Shown here: positions 8,881 to 18,012 of the stretch, piece after piece | Layout of the letters: every line of letters begins with the position of its first letter | Position numbering within the stretch: the first letter of the stretch is position 1 | Notes under the pieces: model-generated | The model's database searches: none | Told to the model about the DNA's origin: nothing | Seen by the model: the letters and a program-made list of their open reading frames with translations, nothing else | Translations under genes and position numbers: made by a program | Assembly: GCA_963783375.1 (NCBI GenBank) | Contig: CAWANH010000029.1 | Location: 736,001 to 800,000, forward strand | Source of the DNA: Candidatus Eiseniibacteriota bacterium | GTDB lineage: Bacteria > Eisenbacteria > RBG-16-71-46 > JABDJR01 | Length of the DNA: 64,000 nt | Direction: 5' to 3'

Positions 8881-9962
8881 GCTCTTACCAGGTTCAGGGC
8901 TAGATCCCGCCAGGCGAGGGCGGCGGCCCGGTCGGCCGGACGCGGGGCGTAGAGATACCGGGGAAGACCCAGAAAGAACCGGTCCTCACGGGTGAGCCAG
9001 CTCCCCTCCCGGACCGAGCGCTTGAGCGCCCGAACCGCCTCGCGGGGACGCGCGGCCCGGCGACGGGCCCGGGCGCGGACCCGTCGTCGGTGTTCCCCCC
9101 AGTTCGGAAGCGCGGCGGCGAAGCGGACTTCCTCGGCGGCCCGAAAGCCCGCCCGATGATGGCTCTGGGCGGTTCGCCAGAGGAGCGCGGCCTCGCCCGG
9201 ACCGACCGGACGCGGGTCCCGGCGAAAGGCGGCCGCCCGCTCGTAGGCCTCTAGGAAACCGGGCTCGGCCCAGCTCCAGAGCTCCGGGCGGTCCCGGAGG
9301 GTGACCCGGCGAACCTGCTGGGAAAGATCGTAGGCGCGGGTCCTGAGCAACGCGGCGTCCCCCGCGGCCAGGACCGCCTTGTGGGCCGCGATGACCGAGA
9401 ACCGCACTTCCCCGGAGTCCGACGCGGTGGGGCCTTCTCCCGGCGTCCCCTCGGGCCAGAGCCGAAGGGCGGCCCAGAGAAGGGCCATGCCCCGGTTCAG
9501 GAGCAGGCGGGATCCCTCGTCGGGGTCCAGATCCTCCCGGCGGAACCGGGGAAGTTCGATTCGCGCCCCCTCGCGAACCCAGAGCCGGCGATGCCCCTCG
9601 CCGAGTTCATACCAGAAGAGGCTCGGCGGCGCATCGACCAGGTCGCGGGGAGTCGCCGTCCCGAGATCCACGAAGTCGATTTCCAGCTCGCGGGCCAGGC
9701 GGCGGGAAAGTTCGGCGTATCGCTCGGGCGAAGCGGGGGGCGAGGCGAAGACCAGGAGAAGATCGTAGTCGTTGAATCCCCGGAGGCCTCCGTCCTCGGC
9801 GCTCCGGACCGCACCCTCCCCCCGGGCGTATCCCCCCAGGAGGAAGATGCCTAGGAGCCGGTCGTCCGTCGCCGCGGCCCTCACCATCCCGGTGATCCGG
9901 TCGAGATCCCGGCTCACCCGCGCTTCGGCGGCGGGGCTGGCCAACGAGGTGAACGGTTTCAC
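8868..9962 (-). CDS. Pol-beta-superfamily nucleotidyltransferase domain protein with a helical C-terminal domain
   Basis: LLGGYARGEG...NDYDLLLV...VDLG motif; GTG start coupled to the GT2 stop (9959-9962). Confidence 0.75.
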   Translation of the reverse strand: MKPFTSLASPAAEARVSRDLDRITGMVRAAATDDRLLGIFLLGGYARGEGAVRSAEDGGLRGFNDYDLLLVFASPPASPERYAELSRRLARELEIDFVDLGTATPRDLVDAPPSLFWYELGEGHRRLWVREGARIELPRFRREDLDPDEGSRLLLNRGMALLWAALRLWPEGTPGEGPTASDSGEVRFSVIAAHKAVLAAGDAALLRTRAYDLSQQVRRVTLRDRPELWSWAEPGFLEAYERAAAFRRDPRPVGPGEAALLWRTAQSHHRAGFRAAEEVRFAAALPNWGEHRRRVRARARRRAARPREAVRALKRSVREGSWLTREDRFFLGLPRYLYAPRPADRAAALAWRDLALNLVRAWHP

Positions 9963-10774
9963 GGGCGCCCCCCGGCCACCACGCCGGCAAGCTGGGCCAG
10001 CCGATAGGCGGCGGCCCGCGGCCAGAGCTTCCCTCTCCCCTCGGCGGAGAGCCGGCGGGCGTCGCGCAGGGTCTGCTTGGGCCATCCCAGGAAAAGTGCC
10101 CCCCATCCCTCCTCGATCCCCTCCCGCTCCCGGCGCACCTGCGCCTCCTGCCGGCAGCGGCGGTAGACCGAACGGAGGGTGTAGGAGTGGGAATGAACTA
10201 CCGCGGCCCCGGGGACATAGACGATGTGCCGCCCTCGTCGCATCTGGGCCAACGCCCACAGCCGGTCCTCGGCGATGATCACCGATTCGTCGAAGGGCGT
10301 TTCCAGCCAGGCCGAGCGCCGGGCCGCGGAATTGACGTTGCTGTAGAGTGCGCCGGCCGCGCCTCGTTCCGGATAGCATCGTCCGAGTTCCCACGCCTCC
10401 AGGGCGAAGCACCCCGGGCGGGGGATCTGCCGGCCGAAGGCCGCGGCGACCCGCGGCTCGCCCAGGGGGCCGAGCATGGCGGAGAGCCATTCGGTTCCGA
10501 CGGGAAGGGCGTCCTGACTCAGCATGGCCACGATCTCCCCCTTGGCCTCGCGGAACCCCAGATTGGTGCTTCGGGCGTGAGTGAATGTACCGGGATCGAG
10601 ATGGATCACCCGGGCTCCGGCGCCTTGCGCCCGCTCCGCGGTGCCGTCGGTGGACCCGGAGTCCACCACCAGGATCTCCGCGGGAGAAACGCTTTGCCGC
10701 CCCAGTGTCTCCAGGAGGGGGTCCAGATACGAGCCCGCGTTCCGAGTGCGGAGGAGGACGGTGACCGAGGACAT
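9959..10774 (-). CDS. GT2 glycosyltransferase (rhamnosyltransferase-like)
   Basis: VVDSGSTDGT, SQDA, FGRQIP, AEDRLWA, VVHSH. Confidence 0.9.
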   Translation of the reverse strand: MSSVTVLLRTRNAGSYLDPLLETLGRQSVSPAEILVVDSGSTDGTAERAQGAGARVIHLDPGTFTHARSTNLGFREAKGEIVAMLSQDALPVGTEWLSAMLGPLGEPRVAAAFGRQIPRPGCFALEAWELGRCYPERGAAGALYSNVNSAARRSAWLETPFDESVIIAEDRLWALAQMRRGRHIVYVPGAAVVHSHSYTLRSVYRRCRQEAQVRREREGIEEGWGALFLGWPKQTLRDARRLSAEGRGKLWPRAAAYRLAQLAGVVAGGRP

Positions 10775-10784
10775 GACGCGTTCG

Positions 10785-11615
10785 CTAGAGCCGACGATAG
10801 ATGAACTCGGGAATCACGTACTGCTGGCGGTTCATCACCACCCCCAGGATCACCGCGCGGTAGGACCTCAAGCGGTCCAGGGAGCGTTGAATGACCTCTC
10901 GTTTGGTCTTTCCCGAGCGCACGACCAGGATCACCCCGTCCACCGAATCGGCCAGGAGCGCGGTTTCCGGGGCGCTCAGCACGGGGGCCGCGTCCAGAAT
11001 CGCGTAGTGGTATTGCCCCCTGAGGTAGTTGATGAACGGCTGGACCCGGTCCGGCGTACAGAGCGCGTAGGGATCGCTGGCCACCCCCTCGGAGGGAAGA
11101 ACGTCCAGATGTCCGAATTCGGTGGCGCGGACCGCATCCCGGGGCGGGACCCGGCCGGCCAGCACCGAAGCCAACCCGCTTCCCGGCTCCACCAACTCGA
11201 CCGGGCGCGCCTCGGCGTTCCGCATGTCCGCGTCCACCAGGGCCACCCGGAGACGGCCGTCCTCGCCCAGGAATTGGGCGAAGCGGGCGGCCACCGTGCT
11301 GGCTCCTTCACCCGGGACCGACCCGACGACCAGGAGCGTTCTCTGCGACGTATCGGGCAGGACCTGCTCGACGGATGCCCGGAGGCTCGAGAGCTCGCGG
11401 GCGAACTCCCCGCTCAGGATCGGGGGTTCGCCTCTCCCCGACGGCTGCGGGAAGTCCGCAGGGGGCGGCGGCGAGGGCGCCGCCCGGTCGCCCATCGGTT
11501 CCACCGGAGGCCCGGAAAGGGGGGCCGACCGGGTGCGCGGAGGTTCCTCGGTCCGTTCCGAACCCTCGGGACCGTCGTGGGCCGCCTTGCGAAGCGCGTC
11601 GTAGATCTTGCTCAT
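10785..11615 (-). CDS. CpsD/CapB family BY-kinase domain with a degenerate Walker A
   Basis: PGEGAST (Lys replaced by Ala), DADMR, ILDAAP, DGVILVV, LGVVMN, C-terminal YVIPEFIYRRL. Confidence 0.88.
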   Translation of the reverse strand: MSKIYDALRKAAHDGPEGSERTEEPPRTRSAPLSGPPVEPMGDRAAPSPPPPADFPQPSGRGEPPILSGEFARELSSLRASVEQVLPDTSQRTLLVVGSVPGEGASTVAARFAQFLGEDGRLRVALVDADMRNAEARPVELVEPGSGLASVLAGRVPPRDAVRATEFGHLDVLPSEGVASDPYALCTPDRVQPFINYLRGQYHYAILDAAPVLSAPETALLADSVDGVILVVRSGKTKREVIQRSLDRLRSYRAVILGVVMNRQQYVIPEFIYRRL

Positions 11616-11628
11616 GGGGGTCCTCGGG

Positions 11629-12987
11629 CTAGTGCCTCGACTCCGGCAGGGCGGCCAGCACCGGCAGCCCCAAGTGCTCCTCGACCTCGACCGGGCTTCG
11701 CAACGAGTGATCGAGGCTGTCCAGGAAGAAGGCCAGGAGGAGCCCCACCACCAGGCTCATGAGCGGGGCCAGGGCCATGCGGACGTAGTCGTTGGTCTTC
11801 TTGGCGTAGGGCGCGCTGGCCGGCGCGAGAAGCGTCACCGTGTAGTCCGGTGAGGTGGCCTGGTTCACCTGGGACAGGAGCTGCTTCGATTCCAGGTCCT
11901 GGAGTTCCTCCCGTTTGAGCTTGATCGAATTGTCCAGCCGGTCGAGCTGCAGCGTGTATTGGGGGATGTTCACGACCTCCTTCCGGTACTTCGCGCTCTG
12001 CGTCTCGAGCTCCCGGGCCTGGGTCTCCTTTTCCTTGAGTTGGCTTTCGATGAGGCTGACGGTGGCGAGCACCTCTTTCCGGAGCATGGACTCGGCGCTG
12101 GTCAGGGACTCTTCGGCGGCCAGGAGCCGGGGGTGCTCGGGAGTCAGGGTGGCCGCGAGCTGGTCGCGCTCCAGACGCGCCTCCATCACCTTCTGCCTCA
12201 TCGCGTTCAACGTGTACACGTTCTCGAACTTGAGCTCGGTGAAGTAGGTGGCGTCGTAGTTTCCGGCCGCCACCAGATGCTTCGCGGTGGCCAGCTGCTG
12301 GCGGAGCACGGTCTCCTCGCCCTGTACCTCCATGAGATCGTGCTCGGCGCCGGAGAGAAGACGCGCCACTTCATCCTCACGGCTGGCCGAGCCCCCCGTC
12401 CCCACCTTGGCCAGGTAGGCCTCCTTCTCGTTCTCCAGCACTGCCAGGTCCTTCTGGCTCCGGGTGATCCGCTCCTGGAAGAAACTGGTGGCCTCGGGGA
12501 TGGATAGGGACTGTCGGCGGAAGATGGTATAGGCCTCGGTTACCGCGTCCGCGACCGGCCGGCAGACCGAGGCATCCTGGCTGGTGTAGCTGACATTGAT
12601 GACGTTGGACTCCCCGATCACCTCCGCCGATGTCCCTCCGCGATTGACCCGGATGGGGCGGCTCACCTTGCCGTCCCGATACCACTCGTCCAGGAGCTCC
12701 TGGGCCTGACGGGCCACCGGGTAGCTGGTGATCGTCTCCAGCTCCGAGGAGATCTCCTCCGACCAGGGCAGGATCCGCAGGTTCGGCTCCAGGGTGGTTT
12801 CCTTCCGCCCGCGCTCCACCCGGACCTTGGAGGTGGACCCGTAGGTGGTGGGGGTGCGCAGATCCAGCAGGAAGACCGAGAGCGTGGTCACCGCCACCAC
12901 GGTGATGATCACCCACTTCTGGCGGAAGATCACCGCCATCAGGTCGCGGACCGATGCCTGACGAGGTGAACCTGGTTGAGTTTCCAA
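11629..12987 (-). CDS. Wzz/GumC-type polysaccharide co-polymerase (chain-length determinant)
   Basis: N- and C-terminal TM helices flanking a coiled coil; LDHSLRSPVEVEEHLGLPVLAALP tail; GGAGG upstream of TTG. Confidence 0.88.
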   Translation of the reverse strand: METQPGSPRQASVRDLMAVIFRQKWVIITVVAVTTLSVFLLDLRTPTTYGSTSKVRVERGRKETTLEPNLRILPWSEEISSELETITSYPVARQAQELLDEWYRDGKVSRPIRVNRGGTSAEVIGESNVINVSYTSQDASVCRPVADAVTEAYTIFRRQSLSIPEATSFFQERITRSQKDLAVLENEKEAYLAKVGTGGSASREDEVARLLSGAEHDLMEVQGEETVLRQQLATAKHLVAAGNYDATYFTELKFENVYTLNAMRQKVMEARLERDQLAATLTPEHPRLLAAEESLTSAESMLRKEVLATVSLIESQLKEKETQARELETQSAKYRKEVVNIPQYTLQLDRLDNSIKLKREELQDLESKQLLSQVNQATSPDYTVTLLAPASAPYAKKTNDYVRMALAPLMSLVVGLLLAFFLDSLDHSLRSPVEVEEHLGLPVLAALPESRH

Positions 12988-13002
12988 ATCGATTGCCTCC
13001 GA

Positions 13003-13773
13003 CTACTGGCTGACCGGGGTCCTCACGATCGTGCCGTAGATATCTCCCGCGTGAAAAGCCTGCCACCCGGCCAGATACAGGCTCGGGATCGGGCTCAGCT
13101 TGCCGAAGAACTGATCCACGAAGCGGTCCAGTTTGGTGATGAACGTGGGCGGCACATAGAGAATGTCATTGGGGGCCAGGATCACGTCCTGAGCTCCGCG
13201 TTTGCCCTTGAGCACGGCGGCCAGATCGAGGCGCTCCGCCATCGCCTTCCCGGGCCCCGTCCTCCGGAGGAGGATCACGCTGCCCAGGCTGGACCCCTCT
13301 TTTGCACCGGCGGCCATGGCCAGGGCCTGAAGCGCGGTCATCCCGGGGCGCAGAGTGATGTCGAGAGGTCGATGAACCTCGCCCAGGACGTAGACCGCGG
13401 GGGGAGCGAAGTCGATGACGTTGACCGTGATCTCCGGGGCCTTGTAGTAGGTTGCGTAGGCCTGGGTGAGCATGCTGTCCACCTCGGCGGGAGTCAGCCC
13501 GGCCACCACCACGTCCCCCATGATCGGCAGCGCCACCCCCCCGTCCGGCCGCACCTTGACCCGGGTGGAAAGCTGGGGTTCGAAGAGAAACGAGATGTCG
13601 AGCTGATCATTGGTCGTGATGACGTAGCCCCGCTTCTCGGGTTGCGCCGCAACGAACGAAAGGACTTCGTTCCGATCCACCAGCTCCACCGAGGGAACTT
13701 TGGGACGGGCATGGCCGCACCCCATCCCCGAAAGGGCAAGCAGGACGGCCAGAATCATGGAACTGGTTCTCAT
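13003..13773 (-). CDS. wza: Wza-like polysaccharide export lipoprotein (Poly_export + SLBB)
   Basis: Lipobox-like LSGMGC, VRPDGGVALPIMGDVVVAGLT, VYVLGEVHRP, LAPNDILYVP; likely start ATG 13773. Confidence 0.88.
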   Translation of the reverse strand: MRTSSMILAVLLALSGMGCGHARPKVPSVELVDRNEVLSFVAAQPEKRGYVITTNDQLDISFLFEPQLSTRVKVRPDGGVALPIMGDVVVAGLTPAEVDSMLTQAYATYYKAPEITVNVIDFAPPAVYVLGEVHRPLDITLRPGMTALQALAMAAGAKEGSSLGSVILLRRTGPGKAMAERLDLAAVLKGKRGAQDVILAPNDILYVPPTFITKLDRFVDQFFGKLSPIPSLYLAGWQAFHAGDIYGTIVRTPVSQ

Positions 13774-14159
13774 GGCACTGGTTATCGTCCCCTTTTTCCG
13801 GGGCTGTAGCGTCTGGTTCATTTCGCCCATCCCAAGTCCTCTCCCGGGCCGGGTCGACCGGCCCTCCCGGCGTCCCGAGGACGGTCGGGGGAATCCAAAG
13901 CTCGATAACTGCTTAAACACCAACATGTTGACAATCCGGAACCCCTGAAGAGCTTCGTCTCCGAGCCCGGGTTGCGACCGGAAATCAGGAACGGATCACG
14001 GTAGGCGGGAGCCCGGAACGTCTCCGCTGGCCTCCGTCGCAAGACCGCCCTCGTCCGAGGCGTAGTTCCCCCTCCTTCATTCTCGGGGGGATCCTCAGAA
14101 CTTAACCACGGCTCGCGGCAGTACCTCCTCCGGGCTGGTAAGGGTAGGAATTCGGATAA

Positions 14160-14188
14160 ATTTTAGAAGCTCGGAGGGGACGTGTCAA
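14160..14188 (-). promoter_or_regulatory. Sigma70 promoter of the polysaccharide operon
   Basis: Minus strand TTGACA-N17-TAAAAT, overlapping the end of the upstream CDS. Confidence 0.75.
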
Positions 14189-15146
14189 CGCCGGCGGCGC
14201 CGGGGGACCGCCGGGCGCGGAGGACGCCGGCGGTGAACAGCGGGAGCAGGATCTCGTGATGGCCGATCAGCTCCAATCCCTCTCCCCTTCCTCCCGCGGT
14301 CGGACGCTCCACCACGTTCACCCGGGGTCGATAATGACGGATGAAGTCGAAGTTGACGGTGGTGATCCCGGAGAGATCGGCGCCGAGATTCGCGGCCACC
14401 GAAAACGCCTTCAGGAAGACCTCGGGCAGAATCACCGCCGAACCGATATTGAGGGCCACTCCTCCCCGGAAATCCTCCAGCACCCCGCCCAGGATCCGGA
14501 AATCCCGCAGGGACGCGTCGCCGATGGCCGCTCCCTCCGCGGTCGGGTGCTGGTGGAGGATGTCGGTCCCGAGGGCCACGTGAACGGTGACCGGCCGCCC
14601 CAGTCGATGCGCGGCGGCGAGGACGCTCAATCCCCGTGCCGGGGCTTCGACCCGGTGAAGCGCCTCCCCCAGGGCCTCGCCCAGCCCCAACCCCTCCCGG
14701 GCCGCGCGACGGGTCACCTCGTTCATTTCCCGCGAGGTCTCGGCGGCCATGCCGAAGGTGGCCGAACCCAGCGCGGCCTCCACATCCTCGGAGGTGCGGC
14801 CGAAACGGGCCATCTCGTAGTCATGGATGGCCGCCGCCCCGTTCATCGCCACCGCGGTCAGGATCCCTTCGTCGAGGAGTTGGATCAGGAGCGGCCCGCA
14901 GCCGGTCTTGATCACATGCCCTCCGATCATGGCCAGCACGGGGCGACCCGCAGCGGCGGCCGCCGCGGTGGCATTCACCGCCCGGCGCAGGGTGCGCCCG
15001 GCGAGGATGTCGGGAAGCGCGTCGATGATCGAGGCCATCTCCGGGGTCACCGGCCGGGCGAAGTCCTCGGCGCGAACCTTGGAGGGGCGTTCGGAAACCG
15101 GTTGCGAACGAATGCCGGCCAGATCCGCCTCGCGAAAGCGGGTCAC
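14163..15146 (-). CDS. Deoxyhypusine-synthase-like (DHS-like NAD-binding fold) conserved protein
   Basis: GGHVIKTG, MNGAAAIHDYE, GTDILHQHP, GSAVILPEVFLKA, HYRPRVNVV, GHHEILLP; recalled as a GSU2086-like family. Confidence 0.65.
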   Translation of the reverse strand: MTRFREADLAGIRSQPVSERPSKVRAEDFARPVTPEMASIIDALPDILAGRTLRRAVNATAAAAAAGRPVLAMIGGHVIKTGCGPLLIQLLDEGILTAVAMNGAAAIHDYEMARFGRTSEDVEAALGSATFGMAAETSREMNEVTRRAAREGLGLGEALGEALHRVEAPARGLSVLAAAHRLGRPVTVHVALGTDILHQHPTAEGAAIGDASLRDFRILGGVLEDFRGGVALNIGSAVILPEVFLKAFSVAANLGADLSGITTVNFDFIRHYRPRVNVVERPTAGGRGEGLELIGHHEILLPLFTAGVLRARRSPGAAGVDTSPPSF

Positions 15147-16024
15147 GGCCGGTGAGCCTGCGCGTCGTCGGTACGCGCCCCTCCGAGGTTATCGGGGACG
15201 AGCCGTCCCATTCGGAAGGTTTCGAGTTCGGCGACGATGGAGCCCACGGCCACCTTGCTCTTCATCAGGACCGGCATGCGTCGGGCGTCGTCGGTAAGCC
15301 AGATGGTGAGGCTCCCCTCCTGCTTGAACAGGCCGGCGGACTTGAGAAGGGGCTCCACCACGATACAACGGAAGGTACCTGCCGGGACCTCCACCGTCTC
15401 CCGCCGGAGCACCCGTACCTGGAGCGGATGGTTCTTTCCGTCGGTGTGGTTGGGGATCCCCACGACGTCCCCCGGGTTCAGGGCGAGGGTGCGCACCAGA
15501 TAGAACGCGCTCAGGACATCCTGGGTCCCGGGTACGATCGGCACGCGCTTGCCGTCGGGATAGACCGCTTCCTCACGGGCGTGGTCGAAACGGACGATCT
15601 CGTCCTTGGCGTACTTCCCTTCCCGAATGTGCTTCTCGAATCTGAGGGGAATTCTCCGTCTCGCGGACCAGGTCGAAATCACGCGGTCGTTGACCGGAAA
15701 GAACGTGGAGAAGAACCGGCTGGACTCCGCGGTGGAAACCAGGCGATAGGCCATCTCGCCATCCACCATCTCGGACCCTTCCACCGCCAGCTCGGCATCC
15801 CCCGCCCGCACGAAGCCGAACTTCACTCCGAATCGGAACGCCTCGCCGGGGCCGAAGGGGATCACGCCGTCCCGGGCCTGGGCCCCGGATACGACCGGTT
15901 GCGAGGCCCCCTCCGGCATCGGGGGCGGGGCGGACATGGCGGGCTCCCACGCCGCCACGGCCAGAAGGGCGGCCAAGGCGATCGGGAAGATCCGTCGCGT
16001 AGGGGGCGCGTTGAGGAAGATCAC
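15143..16024 (-). CDS. DUF3108 domain exported protein
   Basis: Signal peptide; GEAFRFGVKFGFVRAG, QDVLSAFY, ETVEVPAGTFRC, IWLTDDARRMPV. Confidence 0.8.
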   Translation of the reverse strand: MIFLNAPPTRRIFPIALAALLAVAAWEPAMSAPPPMPEGASQPVVSGAQARDGVIPFGPGEAFRFGVKFGFVRAGDAELAVEGSEMVDGEMAYRLVSTAESSRFFSTFFPVNDRVISTWSARRRIPLRFEKHIREGKYAKDEIVRFDHAREEAVYPDGKRVPIVPGTQDVLSAFYLVRTLALNPGDVVGIPNHTDGKNHPLQVRVLRRETVEVPAGTFRCIVVEPLLKSAGLFKQEGSLTIWLTDDARRMPVLMKSKVAVGSIVAELETFRMGRLVPDNLGGARTDDAQAHRP

Positions 16025-16106
16025 GTCGTTGAACCGCCTTTCAGTGCGGGCGGCGAAGACCGGTCACCCGGTTGCCGACCCCGTTCCACGGCCCCCCTCC
16101 GGAGGC

Positions 16107-16562
16107 TCAGCTTCGCCCGGTGTGCCCGAACCCGCCCTCCCCCCGCTCGGTGGGCGGAAGTTCGCCCAGTTCCTCCAGGACCACTTCGGGGAGACGGGAG
16201 AACACGATCTGGGCGATCCGGTCGCCGTGCTCCACGGCGAACGCGGCGGAACCCAGGTTGCCCAGAATGACCCCGAGAGGCCCACGATAGTCGCTGTCGA
16301 TCGTGCCGGGGCCGTTCAGGACGGCGATCCCGTGCTTGAGCACCAGACCGGATCGTGCCCGAACCTGCCCCTCGAAGCCCTCAGGTATGGCCAAGGCCAG
16401 CCCGGTGGGCACGAGGACGATCCGCCCCGGCGGAATTTCGAGAGGATTGTCCAGGCAGGCCCTCAGATCGAATCCGGCCGATCCGACCGTGATCCGCTCC
16501 GGGGGCCTGGCCCGGGAGTGCACCCGAATATACCCGATCCTGGTCGGGTCGGATTCCATCAC
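16107..16562 (-). CDS. dut: dUTPase
   Basis: AGFDL, RSGL, GTIDSDYRG, RIAQ, RGEGGFGHTG. Confidence 0.96.
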   Translation of the reverse strand: MMESDPTRIGYIRVHSRARPPERITVGSAGFDLRACLDNPLEIPPGRIVLVPTGLALAIPEGFEGQVRARSGLVLKHGIAVLNGPGTIDSDYRGPLGVILGNLGSAAFAVEHGDRIAQIVFSRLPEVVLEELGELPPTERGEGGFGHTGRS

Positions 16563-17848
16563 GGGACCTCCAATTCCTCCACCCTGGAAAAAGGGTGGAA
16601 GGCGAAGTGCCCCCGGTTCACCGGCCCCAGCGCCACCAGGTTCTGGCGGGCGGGGTCCAGGAGGGTCTCCGCGGCGTCCATCACCTCGGATTCGCCGACC
16701 GCGTCGTACTCGGCCAGGACCTTCTCCACGTCCTCGGACTCCCCGGTTCGAAGCTCCACCCGGGCGAGCCGGGTCATGCGCTGGGTGAGGGATTCCATCC
16801 CCATGATGATCGAACCCCGGACCTGGGCCTTGGCCGCGTCCAGTTCACCCGCCCGGAGCCCCTCCCGGCGGAGGAGATCCATCTCCTCCAGAGTCCGCTC
16901 CAGGGCCTCGGTGCCCCGGGCCGGGGAAGTCCCCAGCGAGGTCCCGAAGAGGCCCACGTCGTCGAAATGCTCGGTGTAGGAATAGACGGAATAGGCCAGG
17001 CCCGCATCCTCGCGAATGGTCTGGAAGAGGCGGCTGGACATCCCTCCGCCGAAGAGTTCAGTCAGGAGATGCGCGGCCCGTCTCCGGGGGTCCACCTCCG
17101 AGGGAGCGGCGATGGCCAACGCAAGGTAGACCTGGGAAAGATCGCTGGGGTAGAGGGAGAGGGTGGACACCGCCGGTGACGGCGGCTGGCGCCGGCTCTC
17201 CGGATCCGTCCCGCCGAGCTCGAGGCGCTCGGCCAGCAGCGCGGCCAGCCGATCGGGGTCCACCGATCCGGCCGCGCTCACCACCACCCGGGAGGGTACG
17301 TATTCCTCCCGGTGGAAATTCCGCACCCGCTCCGCGTCGAGCGCGGACAGGGACTCCCGGGTCCCGAGGATCGGGGCCCCCAGGATGTCTCCCGGCCAGA
17401 GATGGGCGTGGGTCAGGTCTCCGATCAGATCTTCGGGGGCGTCCTCCACGCTTCGAAGCTCCTCCAGCACCACGTCCCGCTCCATCTCCACGTCCCCGGG
17501 GTCGAAGCGGGGTCGGGAGACCAGGTCGGTGAGCACGTCCACCGCCAGGTCCAGGTGCTCGTCGAGGACGCGGGCGTAGAAGCAGGTGGTTTCCTTGGTG
17601 GTGAACGCCTCCAGCGCCCCCCCCACCCGCTCCAGGCTGGCCGCGATCTCGCGGCCGGAACGGCGTTCGGTGCCCTTGAACACCAGGTGCTCGATGAAGT
17701 GGGCCATCCCCTCCCGGCCCGGGGTCTCGTCCCGGCTTCCCACCCGGAACCAGATTCCGAGCGCGGCGGAGCGGCGGCCGGGAACGATCTCCCCCACCAG
17801 TCGCGCCCCTCCGGGAAGGTCCCGCCGGAAGAAAGTCTCGCCGATCAT
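16559..17848 (-). CDS. M16 family zinc peptidase
   Basis: GMAHFIEHLVFKGT (HxxEH), GGGMSSRLFQTIREDAGLAYSV; usual position downstream of pnp. Confidence 0.92.
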   Translation of the reverse strand: MIGETFFRRDLPGGARLVGEIVPGRRSAALGIWFRVGSRDETPGREGMAHFIEHLVFKGTERRSGREIAASLERVGGALEAFTTKETTCFYARVLDEHLDLAVDVLTDLVSRPRFDPGDVEMERDVVLEELRSVEDAPEDLIGDLTHAHLWPGDILGAPILGTRESLSALDAERVRNFHREEYVPSRVVVSAAGSVDPDRLAALLAERLELGGTDPESRRQPPSPAVSTLSLYPSDLSQVYLALAIAAPSEVDPRRRAAHLLTELFGGGMSSRLFQTIREDAGLAYSVYSYTEHFDDVGLFGTSLGTSPARGTEALERTLEEMDLLRREGLRAGELDAAKAQVRGSIIMGMESLTQRMTRLARVELRTGESEDVEKVLAEYDAVGESEVMDAAETLLDPARQNLVALGPVNRGHFAFHPFSRVEELEVP

Positions 17849-17888
17849 GAAACTCCTTGTCTGATTGCCCGGGCGCCCCGATCCGGAG

Positions 17889-17915
17889 CAAAGGAAAACC
17901 CCGCCGAGCGGGGTT
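17889..17915 (-). terminator. Probable intrinsic terminator after pnp
   Basis: Minus strand AACCCCGC-TCG-GCGGGGTT followed by TTCCTTT. Confidence 0.5.
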
Positions 17916-18012
17916 CACCGGTGACGGACCGCGCCGGGGGACGCGGCGATCCGGCCCCCCGCGCGCGAACCGATGCAATGCGTTGGCGGGCGCCGGTCGC
18001 CCGCTCGCGCGG

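Noticed and set aside
8868-9962. NTase as a CBASS or MNT-HEPN defence system
   Set aside because: No effector, Cap2/Cap3 or separate HEPN toxin is adjacent, and the gene is coupled inside a glycan operon; kept only as an alternative hypothesis.
14038-14056. ops/JUMPstart element in the wza leader
   Set aside because: Only GGCGGTC is present, not GGCGGTAG.
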